Shown here in pieces: positions 50,959-63,741 of a stretch of 64,000 nucleotides of DNA. Under the pieces are notes generated by a model. That model did not search any database. It was not told where the DNA came from and saw only the letters and a program-made list of their open reading frames with translations. Origin of the DNA: Balanoglossus misakiensis. Its lineage: Eukaryota > Animalia > Hemichordata. Each line of letters opens with the position of its first letter. Position 1 is the first letter of the stretch. The translations under genes and the position numbers were made by a program. The stretch spans positions 5,781,097 through 5,845,096 of the forward strand of contig CM082598.2 in assembly GCA_040954595.2 (NCBI GenBank). Reading direction: 5' to 3'.

Positions 50959-52206
50959 GTCTCTTAGAGATTGGAGATGAAGGAAATAGTATATTACACG
51001 CCTTCTGTCTGTCTGTCTGTCTGTCTGTCTGTGTCTCCGTCTGTGTCTCTCTCTTGGAGATTGGAGATGTATGAAATAGTATATTACACGCCCCATTCTC
51101 TCTCTAACTCTCTCTCTCAGTGGGTTTTGTCTGGGGTGTTTAAAACCCTAGATCAACTTTTGTCACGCGACAAAGCATTGTATTTTGCTACAAAAAACCC
51201 TAATCGAACAAACGAAATCCCAGACACACTTTGTATGACTGTTATGACCGCTTGCATTCACTCAAATTTGAGCCGGATATATCCAAGCATTAACACAAGA
51301 CATTGAGCAAACTATTTTGGGAAGTAATATAAATAGGCTGTCACGTGATAGTTGTGCAAACAATAGTCACGCTGAATTAATCAAAATATTCCCCTATATC
51401 TAAGCTTTTGTACTTTAAGGGGATTCTGAGCCCAATAGTTAGGGACCGTTCAGTTTTTACATAAGAAAATTTTGTAAAGTAAAGGCCGCGAAACTGCAAT
51501 TTTGTGGACTCAAAAGCAAAAGCGGTGGCAAAAGTATGTGACCCCCCTAAAGGTTTTAACAAAAAGATTGACCCCCCCCCCTTTTGGATTTCAAACTTCA
51601 AGTGACCCCCCTGGATTTTGCCGCCCCCAGCCGTAAAAACTGAACGGTCCCTTACCAGAGACATATTTCAAAGAGTGGATTTCTTGTTAAAAGCGAATTA
51701 TTTTACCGTGCCTTTACATCACGACATACCTGCCAACGACCATAAGCTCTCTCTCGCTGGCCTGTTTTCGAATTCTCTTCCAAATATCAATTGTGAAGAT
51801 GGTTGCGCCGCTGTTGAATATTGAGGTCAACGAACTCATGAGGGCTGATAACATGACTGCCAACATCAAACCACGCAGACCTATATGGTTGTAAGAAAAG
51901 TACGTGGATTCATGACTTCAACAAAGGCTGCGATGTAATAATGATTTGTCAAGATGGTTTTTTTTCTAATCCATCCAATCTACTCTTCCATTCTGAGCAG
52001 AAAAAAAACATGTATGGTAACAAAATTTTAGTTGATAAACGACACAGACAGACAGACACACAACACACAATACACACGCACAAACGCACGCACGCACACA
52101 CACACACACAAACAAACAAACAAACAAACGCGCGCACACACACACACACACAAACAAACAAACAAACACACACACAAACAAACAAACAAACAAACACACA
52201 AACAAA

Positions 52207-52277
<71 letters not shown>

Positions 52278-55200
52278 ACACAAACAAACAAACAAACAAA
52301 CAAACACATTACTTACCGACGGGTAGAAGCCTCATCACCAATGTAGGATAGGCAATATTCGAACATCCCGTTGGATTGTTACACACTGCATTACACACAT
52401 CCGGGTCAACACAGGCTATTTCATCTGTGGATGATAGAACACAGTAATTGCATTTCCAATGTTTCAGTATACACATATTGACTGGCCATGAGGGCACCAG
52501 CATACGTCTGTAACCCGAGGGACTGTGAATCCCCCCTCCCTAAAAAGACTATTTCCCCGAGTCCGAAACAGTCTGTTTTAGGGGTGACTCGCATTCCCGA
52601 GCAGTCAAATCCATATGCTGTTGCCCGAAATGCCAGTCAATATGTGTTTTGTAACACACCACAGCTATGCATAAGAACTCACCATACACAAAGTGAGCGG
52701 GCATCATTTTTCGGAACTGATGCCCGGCGGGCAACAGCACAAAAAGAACGCACACCACGTGACTATCGATTGACGAATGAGAACACAGTCTTCGGATGAG
52801 GTGTGTTACAATACAAAATGCTATCAAAATATTTCTCCATCGCCTAAGTGTTAGAACAGCTTTGATGAGCGAACAGAAGTAATGTCTTAACATGATACAA
52901 AATAACAAAACTGTAGGAAATTGTGACTTTTTGCCTAAATGTGTAATCTTTGACAACTAAGAGTAAAACCTGGTATTTGTATGACAAGATAACAAATGCA
53001 TTTGAATACTAACCTGGCCAGAGAATACGTGCAATCATACCAGGCATGACAATCATGAAAAGTGGCAAGACTTTAAAATATCCGGCTAAGAGAGTACCAC
53101 CTTTGGCATGCGACATGTTTTTAGAAGCCAGAGCACGCTGCACTATAACCTGCAATAGGTAATATGTAGGCAACCGTTACACTTTGACAACTTTTGTTTG
53201 TTTATAAACGTTACAATTCATCCACAAATCCCTGAAATTAGATAATTCTTAGAATAAACGAAGCAGCCAGTCGTAGCGTAGACTGGGCATGACAGCAACC
53301 TGAAGATCCTAGTAGGTCGTGGCGACTGCAGTGGGGTTTGTGCTGGTGTGGGAGGGCATATTCCCATCAAGGGGTCATCCACGCGGCGTGACAACTGCAC
53401 CCACTGAAAATTTGTGATTGGCTAGATCTCAATTCGCCATGGTAACTATAGCTATTTTTCCATTGGTGACCGTATACCTTTAATTTGGCCGTGTTTACTT
53501 TCTCCAGATTTGATTGGCTCATTCTTTTCGTCACTGTCTGATACTAATCTACTCAACAATTGTTCTTATAAAATGTTGATACCATACGATGTTATTGGAT
53601 AATTCTGGATGATTCTCACCTGGTCAGCACACCAATACCACAAGGAGGCCGGCGATTGGCCCAGGATAAATCCAGGCCATGGCATATCTGAGTCAACTGG
53701 GTCACGAAACATTGTAAACGCATCATCCCTTGGGATACCACACGAATCATTGTAGTATTTGGTGGCGTTTGGATAAGAAGTGGGGTATTTTTCTACCAAT
53801 CCAGACAGACCACCGACTTCAATGAAGCCTTGCATGAAAAAAAGGAAAGGCATCAATTAAAGGGACAAAGTCTCTCTCTCACTGCCCCTTTTCCCATTAA
53901 TTATGTTTGATACAAAACACCGTTTATGTTATTCTACATGTGGATATATAGTAAATCAATGTTCGACCACATACAACTTCCATCCAGCTTGTAGACACTA
54001 GAGTGAAAAACTCGCCAAAATGAATAATCGGTCAATACCATTTATTCATTTTGGGCGAATTTTTACTCTCATATAATACAAGCGCGGATGGATGATGTAT
54101 GAGGTTAAATGTTCATTCACTACATATACACATGTACATTAACTTATAGTGTCTTGTATCAAACATAATTAATGGAAAAGGGGCAGTGAGGGAGAGACTT
54201 TGTCCCTTTAATACTCGAGTTTCGAGATTCTCGCGAGACCAAGCTGCTTTCACTATCACTCAGTTAACGACCCGCTATGCGTTGTTCACGCTTAGCCTCG
54301 TTTTGAACTATTCTCGCGCTCTGTTCGAGAATCTCGTTCCGGGTCTCGAAAACGGAGTATTATACATAAACAGATTTTCCAGTACTGTCTTAGGCCTATT
54401 AACCTTTGCAATAAGTTTTAAAAAGCTTTACATCCCACAGACAGTATCTGACACTATCGCTTGTGTAGGGCAGTCTGAGTGTGTCGGTAATAGAAAAGGT
54501 CATAATCGCAAGTGTAAGAGAAAGGCAGAAGAAGAAAACAAGCCTGACCGACAACTTTTTCTATCAAATCCCTGAATAAATCCCTGTGGCTATGCTGTAG
54601 AATCCCAATCATAAAAGACTTACTTATAACCATGAGAGTAATTCCACCACCCATCATAATGATGAACTGTACTGCATCTGTGTACATCACGGCTGCCAAG
54701 CCACCTATACAAGAGAAATTATGTTTCATAATTAAACTATGTAAATATTAATAGATATCTCTAGTACTTGAACTTGTATTTTATTCCTGACTGAAAATTT
54801 AAATTTTATCCCAGACTGGAAATGGTCCTTTTGTAAAGTAACACTTTATTAACAAAGAACTGTCAACATAATCTATCGGTTATCTCTTCATAGAGAAACA
54901 CATATTTTATCATCTGTCCAGCAATTTGGTTACATCTTATTAAAGTTACTATAATATCAATGACGCAGGCAGGCAGACAGACAGACAGACATCGGTATGA
55001 CCAAAAGGCAATATATCGTCTAACACGCATGCGCGTAACTTCCCAGCAAATTTTCCGTTCGATGCATTCAAATAGTGGACTGCCTTCGCTTCCTTCTATA
55101 TTTCATGCACACCGTATAAGTAGATTCTGGTTTTGTCCCTCCTTTTTACCCAAGCTAGTGTCTTTTCCCGATCTCCGACACAGATTTATATGGTCGCCGC

Positions 55201-58200
55201 CATCTTCTCTGTTGTTAGGACAGAGCACTGCCTTATGGGATTGACTGTTCACTAAATGCATAACCAGCGGCTACAGCTGGAACATGCGTGTGAGACGAGC
55301 TAGGCGCTTTAAGCCCCGTGTATGGCGAACAGTTTCTTGGACTTGGCTAATTGAGGAACTTACCAATAATTGTATAGACTGCGGTTATCAAGAGAAGAAC
55401 TCCGATGGATGACCATAAATTCCAACCTAGTGATTCTTGAATAAACAAGGCACCAGAAAACATGTCAACCTGTAAAATTTGGCGGGAACCATAAAGTTAG
55501 TATAGTGAACATAATTTCGTGATTGCCATAATCATTTGGAAAATGCCCATAAAATTTACGAATGGAAGAACATCCAAAAAAGACAACAAGTCTAAGAAGA
55601 CACTTACCGAAATTTTTGTGAAAATGTACAGGAGAAGAGAAAGGAGCGAATAATAAACACGAATACGTTCACCGCCAAATCGTTTCTGTAGGTATTCAGG
55701 CATGGTGTAAACAGCGCCCGCTATGTAGACTGGCAGAAACAACCAACCGAGAAGTTGTAAGAAATAAAGAGCCTAGAAGAAAATATTAACAACACAACTA
55801 TCAAATTATATTATAGTATGCTACCGTCCGACATTCTGATTGGACGAGAGCTCAATCCATCGATACGGGCCCCTGAACTAGCATGCAATAGGGAAAATGT
55901 GTGTGTGTGTGTGTGTGGGCGGGGGGGGGGGGATAAACCACGGTCGCGTGGGGTTAAACCAAATAAATAAAATACATACTCTGTTGAATTTACGGGAGAA
56001 CGAGAGTGAGAGAAAGAGAGTGGGAGTGAGTGAGTGAGGGGGGAGAGAGATAGAGAGGGGAGAGAGAGATAGAGAGCGAGAGCTAGAGAATGAGTGCGAG
56101 CGAGAGAGAGAGAGTGAGGGCGACAGAGAGAGATGAGAGAGGGGGAGAGGAGAGAGCGAGAGAGAGAGAGTTGCTGACTTGCCAAACAGTGAGTTATTTC
56201 TTGATAATAACAAATTAACACTGAATTCCGTTAAACAGAATAAGAGCTGTACCGCTACTTACATTTAATTCATATGCTGCCACTCCCCAACCAGCTGCTG
56301 CTCCAGACCCAGCCAGGCCAACGAAATGATAACTGCCAATATTACTTGCAAACAAAGATGCACCAACCTAACAAATTAGAAAACAAATATTTTCGTTCAT
56401 ATTTGGCACTCACATTTAGTTAAACAAATATAATAATTTTATTATGATGTCACTACATGGTTCATGTAGATTGCACAACCTCCCACAATTCCTTTCTCCT
56501 GTTAGGCTAAGAGTTCACCCGCTCACTGTTTTTCGCAGTTGACGAGTTGAACATTTCTGTGCACAAGAAAAAAGAAAAGTAATTCTGAATGAAATACCCA
56601 CGTGAACCTAACAACTGCATGTACCTGAAACCACGCACGACCCCTTTCGGTGATGTAGCACAGGTGCTGGGCCTGCATGGGCAGGTGTAAACCAATCAAT
56701 GCGGACACGCTGCGTCGGCCTAGGGGTGACTAAGTTTGGTCCTGGTAGAAAGGGGTTCAGGGCGCGGCCGACGTACAGTCTGGGCCGACGAAAAGTACGT
56801 CGTTGACATAGTCATATTTTCATATGCGGTAATGCAGTGTGTAAATGGCGGTTTGTGGGTAACCGGAGTAGCCTACGGTCGAGACAAAATCTGACTCTGC
56901 CCCATTCATGAGTGCGATAGCCTGGTCACCATACCCGGTGTGTTTTAGATAGACCCACCTTGTGTGTGAGTCTATCTAAAACACACTGGGTATGGAGACC
57001 AGGCTATCGCGGACCAGATCTATTCCTCAAAGGGCAGTCACTTTATGTCGCCCTAAATTTCGGACTGTGAACAACGTTATAATCATGTGGCCTGGTTTGG
57101 GGAGATAGCACTCGATAGAGTAATTCGGCATCAATATGATCATTGCATTATTATGACGTAGTCACTTTTCTAGAGAATTCTGTGAATGTCAACGTATGTG
57201 CATGACAAAAATGCATAGATTTGAATCTGAAAATGCCGATACTCATCATGCCGTGATGAACAATTCATACAACTTACCAAAAACCACATCATATCTTTTC
57301 CCGCCAGGAAATATCCCTTTGAAGTTCCTCGGTTCGGTCGACACATAGACTGCAATTGTAAATTAAAAGCAAACCATGTATTTCTTGTAAAATAATTTTT
57401 CTCGCAGTATATATTTCAAAATTGTGAACACACTCACTTTTTCCAAACACATAGCCAGCTAATTTCAGATTTTTTTTCGCTGTTTTCATTTTTCGCCATG
57501 TTTTTTGTACCAAAATACACCCTTTAATGGAAATGTTCCGATCTAAGCTATTTTTTTTCTCGTTAGATCGCGTTTGACAGCTGACCTTTGACCCCATCCC
57601 GGATACATACACTGGGCTTACGGCTACATTTGTGACCATAAATCTGTTCATATGTGATAAACTGTGATTGCGTGTTGTTTTTTCAACGCGTTATGTATCA
57701 GATGAAGATATGAAAACTAAAGGTCAGCCGTCAAACTATGCGTTCAAATCATAGTTGACTTCACCCTTTCACCACCATGGTTTGGTCCAACTCTGTTGTT
57801 TTCTATGGTAAAGTTAGACCTCTAAAGAGGGAACTGGGGATGAAAGGGTAAAATAGACCACTAGCCTGTCACCTAAATCAAACTGACCCATCACGTGCAT
57901 GTGATTCCAACAGACCGTTACTGCGAAATAATGTACATCTTTATAAGTATAACATTATTCTGCATTGAGCTTGTGTATGCAACCTATTAGAACAGTTATA
58001 TTTTGCTTCTATTCTGTTTTAATTAAGATAACTGTCAACACTTTCCAATTGATGGTGACACGTGATCATCACGTGCTCGGTTGCTGCCAGGTGAAAACCA
58101 CCTGAGAAGAACAAATATAAATTGGCCAGAAATCGATGATGCCACTGACACGACTACCAATATATCAAACGTTGATTCAAAGCGTGCACGACACTAGGAC

Positions 58201-58692
58201 ACGTCCCTAGGGAGTTAAGTGTACATATCACCTATAAATTATGTGTGTGACGTTAAGTCATGAACAAGATTTCGACAAAGTTTGATTTAAATCTGTTAAT
58301 TCCGTGTTTCCATGGTGAATTATTGTATCACTGTAGTATTCGACCATGTTGATTTCATGGAAGCATTGTGGTGAATGGAGATTTCGCCAAAGAATTGTTT
58401 TATATACTGGTGCATGTGAGGTTTACTGGCGAAACTTCAATGAAATGTACTGTCTAGCAACATAATAACATCTCCCGCGATTTCCTGTGTAAGAATATCA
58501 TGTTGATGAAAACACACAGCCCACGTATTACTTCCTGTACAGATTTAACAAACAAACAACAGTTGTCATTTTTAAAGGTTGTGGAGCTTACAGCTAACGA
58601 TCATTACATACCGCGAAACCAACTCCGATAACGAAAAGGAAATACACCACAATGATGACGATGTCTACGGTTCCAATAGTCTCCTCAGCCAT
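46687..58692 (-). CDS. SLC5A-family sodium:solute symporter, sodium/myo-inositol cotransporter (SMIT1/SLC5A3)-like; 14 exons, about 703 aa, apparent 2-nt frameshift in the last exon
   Basis: GT-AG exons: 58612-58692, 57278-57349, 56263-56367, 55608-55772, 55364-55469, 54624-54704, 53620-53828, 53014-53149, 52317-52424, 51730-51880, 50651-50819, 49800-50015, 48880-49171, 46687-46905. Phases are consistent through exon 13. Motifs: [89 protein letters not shown]. Confidence 0.93.
46951..47299. mobile_element. Full-length family B foldback MITE (Kolobok-like)
   Basis: ttaa|AGGGACAAAGTCTCTCTC...GAGAGAGACTTTGTCCCT|ttaa; nearly the whole element is palindromic. Confidence 0.88.
47586..48864. mobile_element. 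TA-flanked 1.28-kb element with long (about 270-300 bp) imperfect inverted arms
   Basis: ta|CTACAGAATTCTTTTTAC... pairs with ...GTAAAAAGAATTCCGTGG|ta; 47675-47858 pairs with about 48560-48798 (ttatctctaaaattgtaacaacgtcacaat / attgtgacgttgttacaattttagagataa). Confidence 0.8.
49420..49710 (-). mobile_element. Family E element, inverted copy
   Basis: ttaa|agcgcctagctcgtctcacacgcatg...cgcatgcgcgtgagac. Confidence 0.8.
50073..50372. mobile_element. Family B MITE with the right terminus lost
   Basis: agggacaaagtctctctctcgctgccc... matches the other copies. Confidence 0.78.
50890..51120. repeat. (TCTG)n / (TC)n microsatellites within a short triplicated unit (ttggagatgaaggaaatagtatattacacgc)
   Basis: The motif recurs at about 50857, 50971 and 51061. 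Confidence 0.85.
51442..51651. mobile_element. Short deletion derivative of Harbinger-like MITE A
   Basis: tta|GGGACCGTTCAGTTTT...AAAACTGAACGGTCCC|tta. Confidence 0.85.
52041..52308. repeat. (CA)n / (AAAC)n compound microsatellite
   Basis: Direct reading; it abuts the donor site of SLC5A exon 9. Confidence 0.95.
52560..52800. repeat. Dispersed repeat with an inverted, diverged copy at about 63800-64000
   Basis: aaacag.ctg.ttt...ctgttgcccgaa...atgtgttttgtaacacacc is shared. Confidence 0.7.
53861..54207. mobile_element. Full-length family B foldback MITE
   Basis: TTAA-flanked with AGGGACAAAG TIRs. Confidence 0.88.
55005..55308. mobile_element. Family E element without the nested insertion
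   Basis: Colinear with 37852-38868 once family D is removed. Confidence 0.8.
56000..56170. repeat. (GA)-rich purine tract
   Basis: Direct reading of the sequence. Confidence 0.9.
56914..57010. repeat. 97-bp near-perfect palindrome (mini-MITE or hairpin)
   Basis: gcgatagcctggtcaccatacccggtgtgttttagatagac ... gtctatctaaaacacactgggtatggagaccaggctatcgc. Confidence 0.85.
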
Positions 58693-59057
58693 TTTGGATA
58701 ACGTCCAGGAGGGAACGATGTAAGCTTGGTTTCTTTAACTCCAACCGCGGTCCGCGCTCGTCCACCGTTGTTCAAAAGTCTTCGTTCGATGTGAAGCGAA
58801 CGTTGTATAAGATTGTTTGTTCCCTGGTTAATAATCGACACGAAGCTCTGGGGGCGATCCAATCTTGAGACCTTCGCGTTATCTTGGACAACTTACACAA
58901 ATTATTATATAATATATCAAGTACAGTAAATAGCGACTCGAAGCTAAATATCAAAGTCCGTGCAAAAGTATGAAGGTTACAGAATTGTTCATGTTATTCT
59001 CCTGTTTTGATTTTATGGTTATCATTTCACAATTCTAACGAATACTTCATTCATTCC

Positions 59058-59060
59058 TAT

Positions 59061-59143
<83 letters not shown>

Positions 59144-59146
59144 TTT
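59058..59146. repeat. (TTTA)n microsatellite
   Basis: Direct reading of the sequence. Confidence 0.95.
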
Positions 59147-60711
59147 TCGTTTATTCTTTCTATTTTTGGCCCACATCAGCTAACACGACTAATTTATTAG
59201 TGATTTATTAATTTCTGATTGACGTACAATATTTGACAGCTAAAAAATTGTACACATTTCCGTTTAGCGTAGAATAACCCTAGTAATTTTGATTTTATAA
59301 CCATTTTTCTTCATGTTCAATGTTCTATCTGTTTCGTGAATTTTTCTCTAAATAATTTTATCCTATTTCATTGTGTCCTTATGAATTTCCCCCTTTTGTC
59401 TCAAAAATTAACTTGATTCTGTCACTTGGGTAAATACAATTCATGTATTTTCTCCATTTTATGATGCCGTAAACATGGTCATTTGAGCCTGGGTCATGAA
59501 ATTGACTACAACTTATACCGTCAATTTCGTTAAGTCGCATATTATACTGTCGTTTCCTGTGGGTATTGCTTAAATTAAAGAATATAATAACGAAAAAATA
59601 AGTGTTTTAGCAATTTCGTAAATTTATACATACTGTGTATGTGTATATACAGAGGGATGGTCCCAATGAGGGAATGGACTAGTACATGACAGGAGAAGAA
59701 AATTACCAATCATATCAGCTGAACAATTTTTGGTGCAAACGTTGATATGAAATGTGTACATGCTCATAATCTTTACGGCCCTGATACAGGATTTCCGGAC
59801 CGAGGTTGTAACCCCCCCCCCTCCCCCCCCCCCCCATCGAGTCCCCTGGTAGTATATGTAACTATTAATATTTCTACTGACACTATCAAAGAGACCTTGT
59901 CAAAATCTATAAAGATTGATACGATAATCAATAATCATTTATGATTTTCGCAGGTTTGAATCACGTGAAAATAGAGGCCCTCGTCAACGGAGCAATGCCC
60001 TGTGTGCCTGGCCGCCCATGCTGTCATCATCCTTTGCCAACAATGAACATCGCCCTCTACGTCTGACAATCCAGGTACGTGTGTGAAAGAGGGAGTAAAA
60101 CGGTTGTTCATTTTACCAACTTAATGTGTTGATGGGTCCACAGATTAAGTAATTAGGAAGTGTTTAATTAGGCTATTCGATAGTTGACATTATAGATTAG
60201 GCGCTGATACCACTTTAGTGTGAGGTCACACAGGAAATAGTAAGGTCACTGGTATGGGGGTCACACACACACCATTAAGACGGTTCTGATCCGTCTCAGA
60301 TCAGATACCGTCTTTAAAAAATAACACGTGTGGACGGTGTAAGTGGTCCTGATATGTCTCAGATTTGAGACGGCTTTTCCGGTCAGACCTGATCCGGTGT
60401 AAGGATTAACACCTCTCCGCAACCTGTTGTCTATGGGGCCGAGCCTCAGCACCTATACATAAACTGTGTGTGTGTGGACACAAGGCGACGCAAAGGATTA
60501 ATGCTCTGTGTTTACCATAGGCAAATAGTGTCTCAAATTTTTCCCTGTCTGAATCGTTTTATGTTCAACCAGTAAAAGTTCAACATAGCATCTTTAACAA
60601 CACTTTACAAACTTTACGGCAAGAAGAGGATCACCCTATGCTGAAATCAACAATGACACGCGTGGAACCCTAATGATAGAAATCGGGATGTTCAATCACG
60701 TGGCTCAATTG

Positions 60712-60896
60712 AAGGAATATAGTCACCTCCAATTAACATACGCCCATATATGGCTGAAATGGCGTGTTCGAGCGTTCTGAAGAACATATGGTGGCGCTCT
60801 TTTTTCGCGTGTGCCACCCACTAAAAATCTGTGATTGACTAGAACTCAATTTGCCATGGTAACTATAGGTAATTTTCTATAGGTGACCGTATAACT
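60712..60896. mobile_element. Family C MITE
   Basis: Homologous to 27363-27549 in inverted orientation; ends ggtgaccgtataact|ttaa. Confidence 0.75.
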
Positions 60897-61554
60897 TTAA
60901 GCGTGGGGTACCAGAGGCGAACTCTAGTCTAGTCCACGAGTCGCGTCACTTGCTGATTTTTTTAAATCTCAATACTTTTTGTGTGTTTGCGGTGACTTTT
61001 GTCTTAATAAATTATCTCAATACTTTTTGTGTGCACGGTTGCTTTGAACTGTTTCTGGTAGTGAGCATAAAGGTATACAGTCACCTATGGAAATTTAGCT
61101 ATAGTTACCATGGCAAAATGAGATCTAGCCAATCACAGGTTTTCAGTGAGTGGCACAAGCGACTACGCATTTCGCCTAGACATACGCCCTCACAGTCGCT
61201 GTCTTTTACTCCACACATGCTACAGAGAGAGACTCGGAGCATTTTTTAATGTATTTATTACGATATAATGAAGCCCTTAGACTCGGAGCAATTCTAGGCG
61301 AACTCCGGATAGGGAACGGAAATCCAAATTACAAAAACAGGAGAGCTTGAATATAATCTATCACCACCACTTTGAATATGATGAGTGATGCCCTATCATA
61401 CAAAAATATTCAAGGTGCTCATACTTGATTTTGAGCATTTTTTTATTATGCGTAAAATAAATGTATATGCCTAATGCATTTGCCGCCGTTCTCTATCTTC
61501 ATGTCACTGTGCACATATATTAACTTTAATTACTCTCATTTGAACGACGCTTAA

Positions 61555-61711
61555 AGGTATACAGTCACCTCCAATTTACATACGCCCATATATGGCTGAA
61601 AAGGCGTAAAGAACATATGGTGGCGCTCACCCACTGAAAATCTGTGATTGGCTTGATCTCAATTTGCCATGGTAACTATATAGCTAATTTTCCATAGGTG
61701 ACCGTATACCT
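61555..61711. mobile_element. Family C MITE inserted immediately 3' of the collagen stop codon
   Basis: ttaa|AGGTATACAGTCACC...GGTGACCGTATACCT|ttaa, followed by tca (TGA on the minus strand) at 61716. Confidence 0.88.
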
Positions 61712-61715
61712 TTAA

Positions 61716-63741
61716 TCAAATCGTACAAACCGCACAGGTTAATTCATGTCCCGAAGTATATATATCACACGGCAAAGTCCCAGAATCACATCTTCCTTCA
61801 ACGGGATAAAGCAGAGCCCCCTCTTGGTTACTGCCACTGTTAGGTCTTCCCTCTGGATTGCGATCAACGCACACGTATTGAGAGCGTTTATGGTTGTAGG
61901 CCGCGGACATGAGATAACCGTAGTACTCCCTGGTCCAGTCCGGGGTTGGACATTCGTTGCGCGCCGGGACCATTAGCAGAGTGCTGCGAGATTTCACGCG
62001 GCATACTGAACACACCGGATCAGAATCATGGACAGCCGACAGGGCAAGGAACGCGTTGGTTTCGTACTCTGCGCCGTACATTCGACTCTGACTTTGATAC
62101 CCAGAACGAGGGCTGTCGTAGATTGGGTTCAGAGGTAGACACTGGTAGTTGGCACCGCTACCGGACTGAGTATAGTAACTACCACCGATTAAACCTGTAA
62201 TAAATTAAAGGCGATTTTTTGATATCATGCAAATGGCAGCTTTTTTCAGGTACATGAGCTGCAACTGGATAAAAATATTAAAGTTTTAAATAATCTCATC
62301 TATGCTTTTAATTATGTCTATTAAATAATATTTCATGATAAACATATAGCGGGCTCAACACTTATTTATGACAAAATGGCCAAAAATTAAAGAAAAACGA
62401 AACTTCCTGCAATTTTTGAAAAAGTGCAATATTGCAATGAAATGGTGGCGGCCATATTCGCTTGCGGCAAAGCTTTATTATGATTTATCTGGTTAAAACT
62501 TGCATATGCACTCATATTTAGGGTTTATAATGCTTGTGTATAGTTCACCGCCTTCATCTGCATGGACTAATGGTAGTACAGTTTGAAACAAAAATTATGA
62601 TAATTATCCCAAAAGTTGCAGCTTATGTGCCTTTAAGGTATGTACTCTTGGGAACAATCTTTGAATTAGAAACGGGTGACATATATTTCTTATAACAATT
62701 ATGACGGGAGGACGGCTTGTGGAATGGCTATGGCACTCTGATGTGTGTCATCCCCTTAATGTAAAGTCAAGATACGTTTAATCGACATACCATCGTAAAC
62801 GAGTTCCGCCGTAGAGGGACACGTCTTCCTTCCCCATCGTACATACACAGTGCCTGTGTCATTCCGGACTCCACTGCGGATGTTTTCTACGATTTCTGCA
62901 ATGTCAACGGGAGGTGCTGTTGGCCCTGGGAGACCCGGAGTTCCTGGTGGTCCACGCAGTCCAGCTGGGGGAGTGGAACAGATAATTGATGATAAAGGCC
63001 AGAGAGAAAAAAAATCTTGTTCATCGGATTTTTTGGACCAAGTTCCAGGAGCGGCGAGCGAATATTTTTTCTGTTATTTTTTTAGGCTGAAGGTAAATGC
63101 GATTCTCTGGCATATTTGCACAGATGCAGACAAGGCGAGATAATTGTTTCTCTTTTTACCAGAAATATCTCAGACAAAAACACTGATACATATACTTGTA
63201 ACTGAATTCAATACTATATTTCCCAACAATAACATAGGCAATTACATTTTACAGTTGGTGTTTGCACAACATATTCTGGCCACCAGCGGCAGTACTAAGA
63301 ATTTTGTAACGCGGAAGTAGAATTTGCCGAGATCCAAAAAAAAATCCCAAATCAGCCAAAGTAGAAGCGGCGATTCCGATGAACAATTTATTTTTTCTTT
63401 CTGGCCTAACGTGTTTTATGATATCATGGTGCAATCATTTCTTTACCATTTTTCCTTAGTTTAATGACACAGACTGACACACTTGAACGTCCTACCTGGT
63501 CCAGCCTTCCCACGTATTCCTTGTTCTCCGGTTTCTCCCCTCGGACCGGGATTTCCTCTCGGTCCCGGCTCTCCTACAGGACCTGCACTCCCCTCCTCGC
63601 CCGCTACGCCATCTCTGCCATCTCTACCCGCAGCCCCTTGCAAACCCGGTGGCCCGATGACTCCAGGTAACCCACGGGGTCCTACCGGCCCGGGAGCACC
63701 AGCTGGTCCAGATTGTCCCACGTGACCACACAGGTGTGCGA
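61716..63741 (-). CDS. Short-chain collagen C4-like (spongin-related) protein, last three exons; 5' end lies beyond these exons
   Basis: Exons 63496-63741 (Gly-X-Y), 62791-62964 (Gly-X-Y then [11 protein letters not shown]) and 61716-62194 ([18 protein letters not shown]...MYGAEYE...CSVC...PARNECP...EYYGYLMS...CVD...[11 protein letters not shown]...ELTCAVCT), joined by phase-1 GT-AG introns; this is the typical C-terminal domain of the family. Confidence 0.9.
62248..62632. mobile_element. Kolobok-like MITE in a collagen intron
   Basis: TIR AGGTACATGAGCTGCAACT / AGTTGCAGCTTATGTGCCT|ttaa. Confidence 0.7.

Noticed and set aside
51941-52351. H/T/Q-rich and C/V-rich ORFs
   Set aside because: Translations of a (CA)n/(AAAC)n microsatellite.
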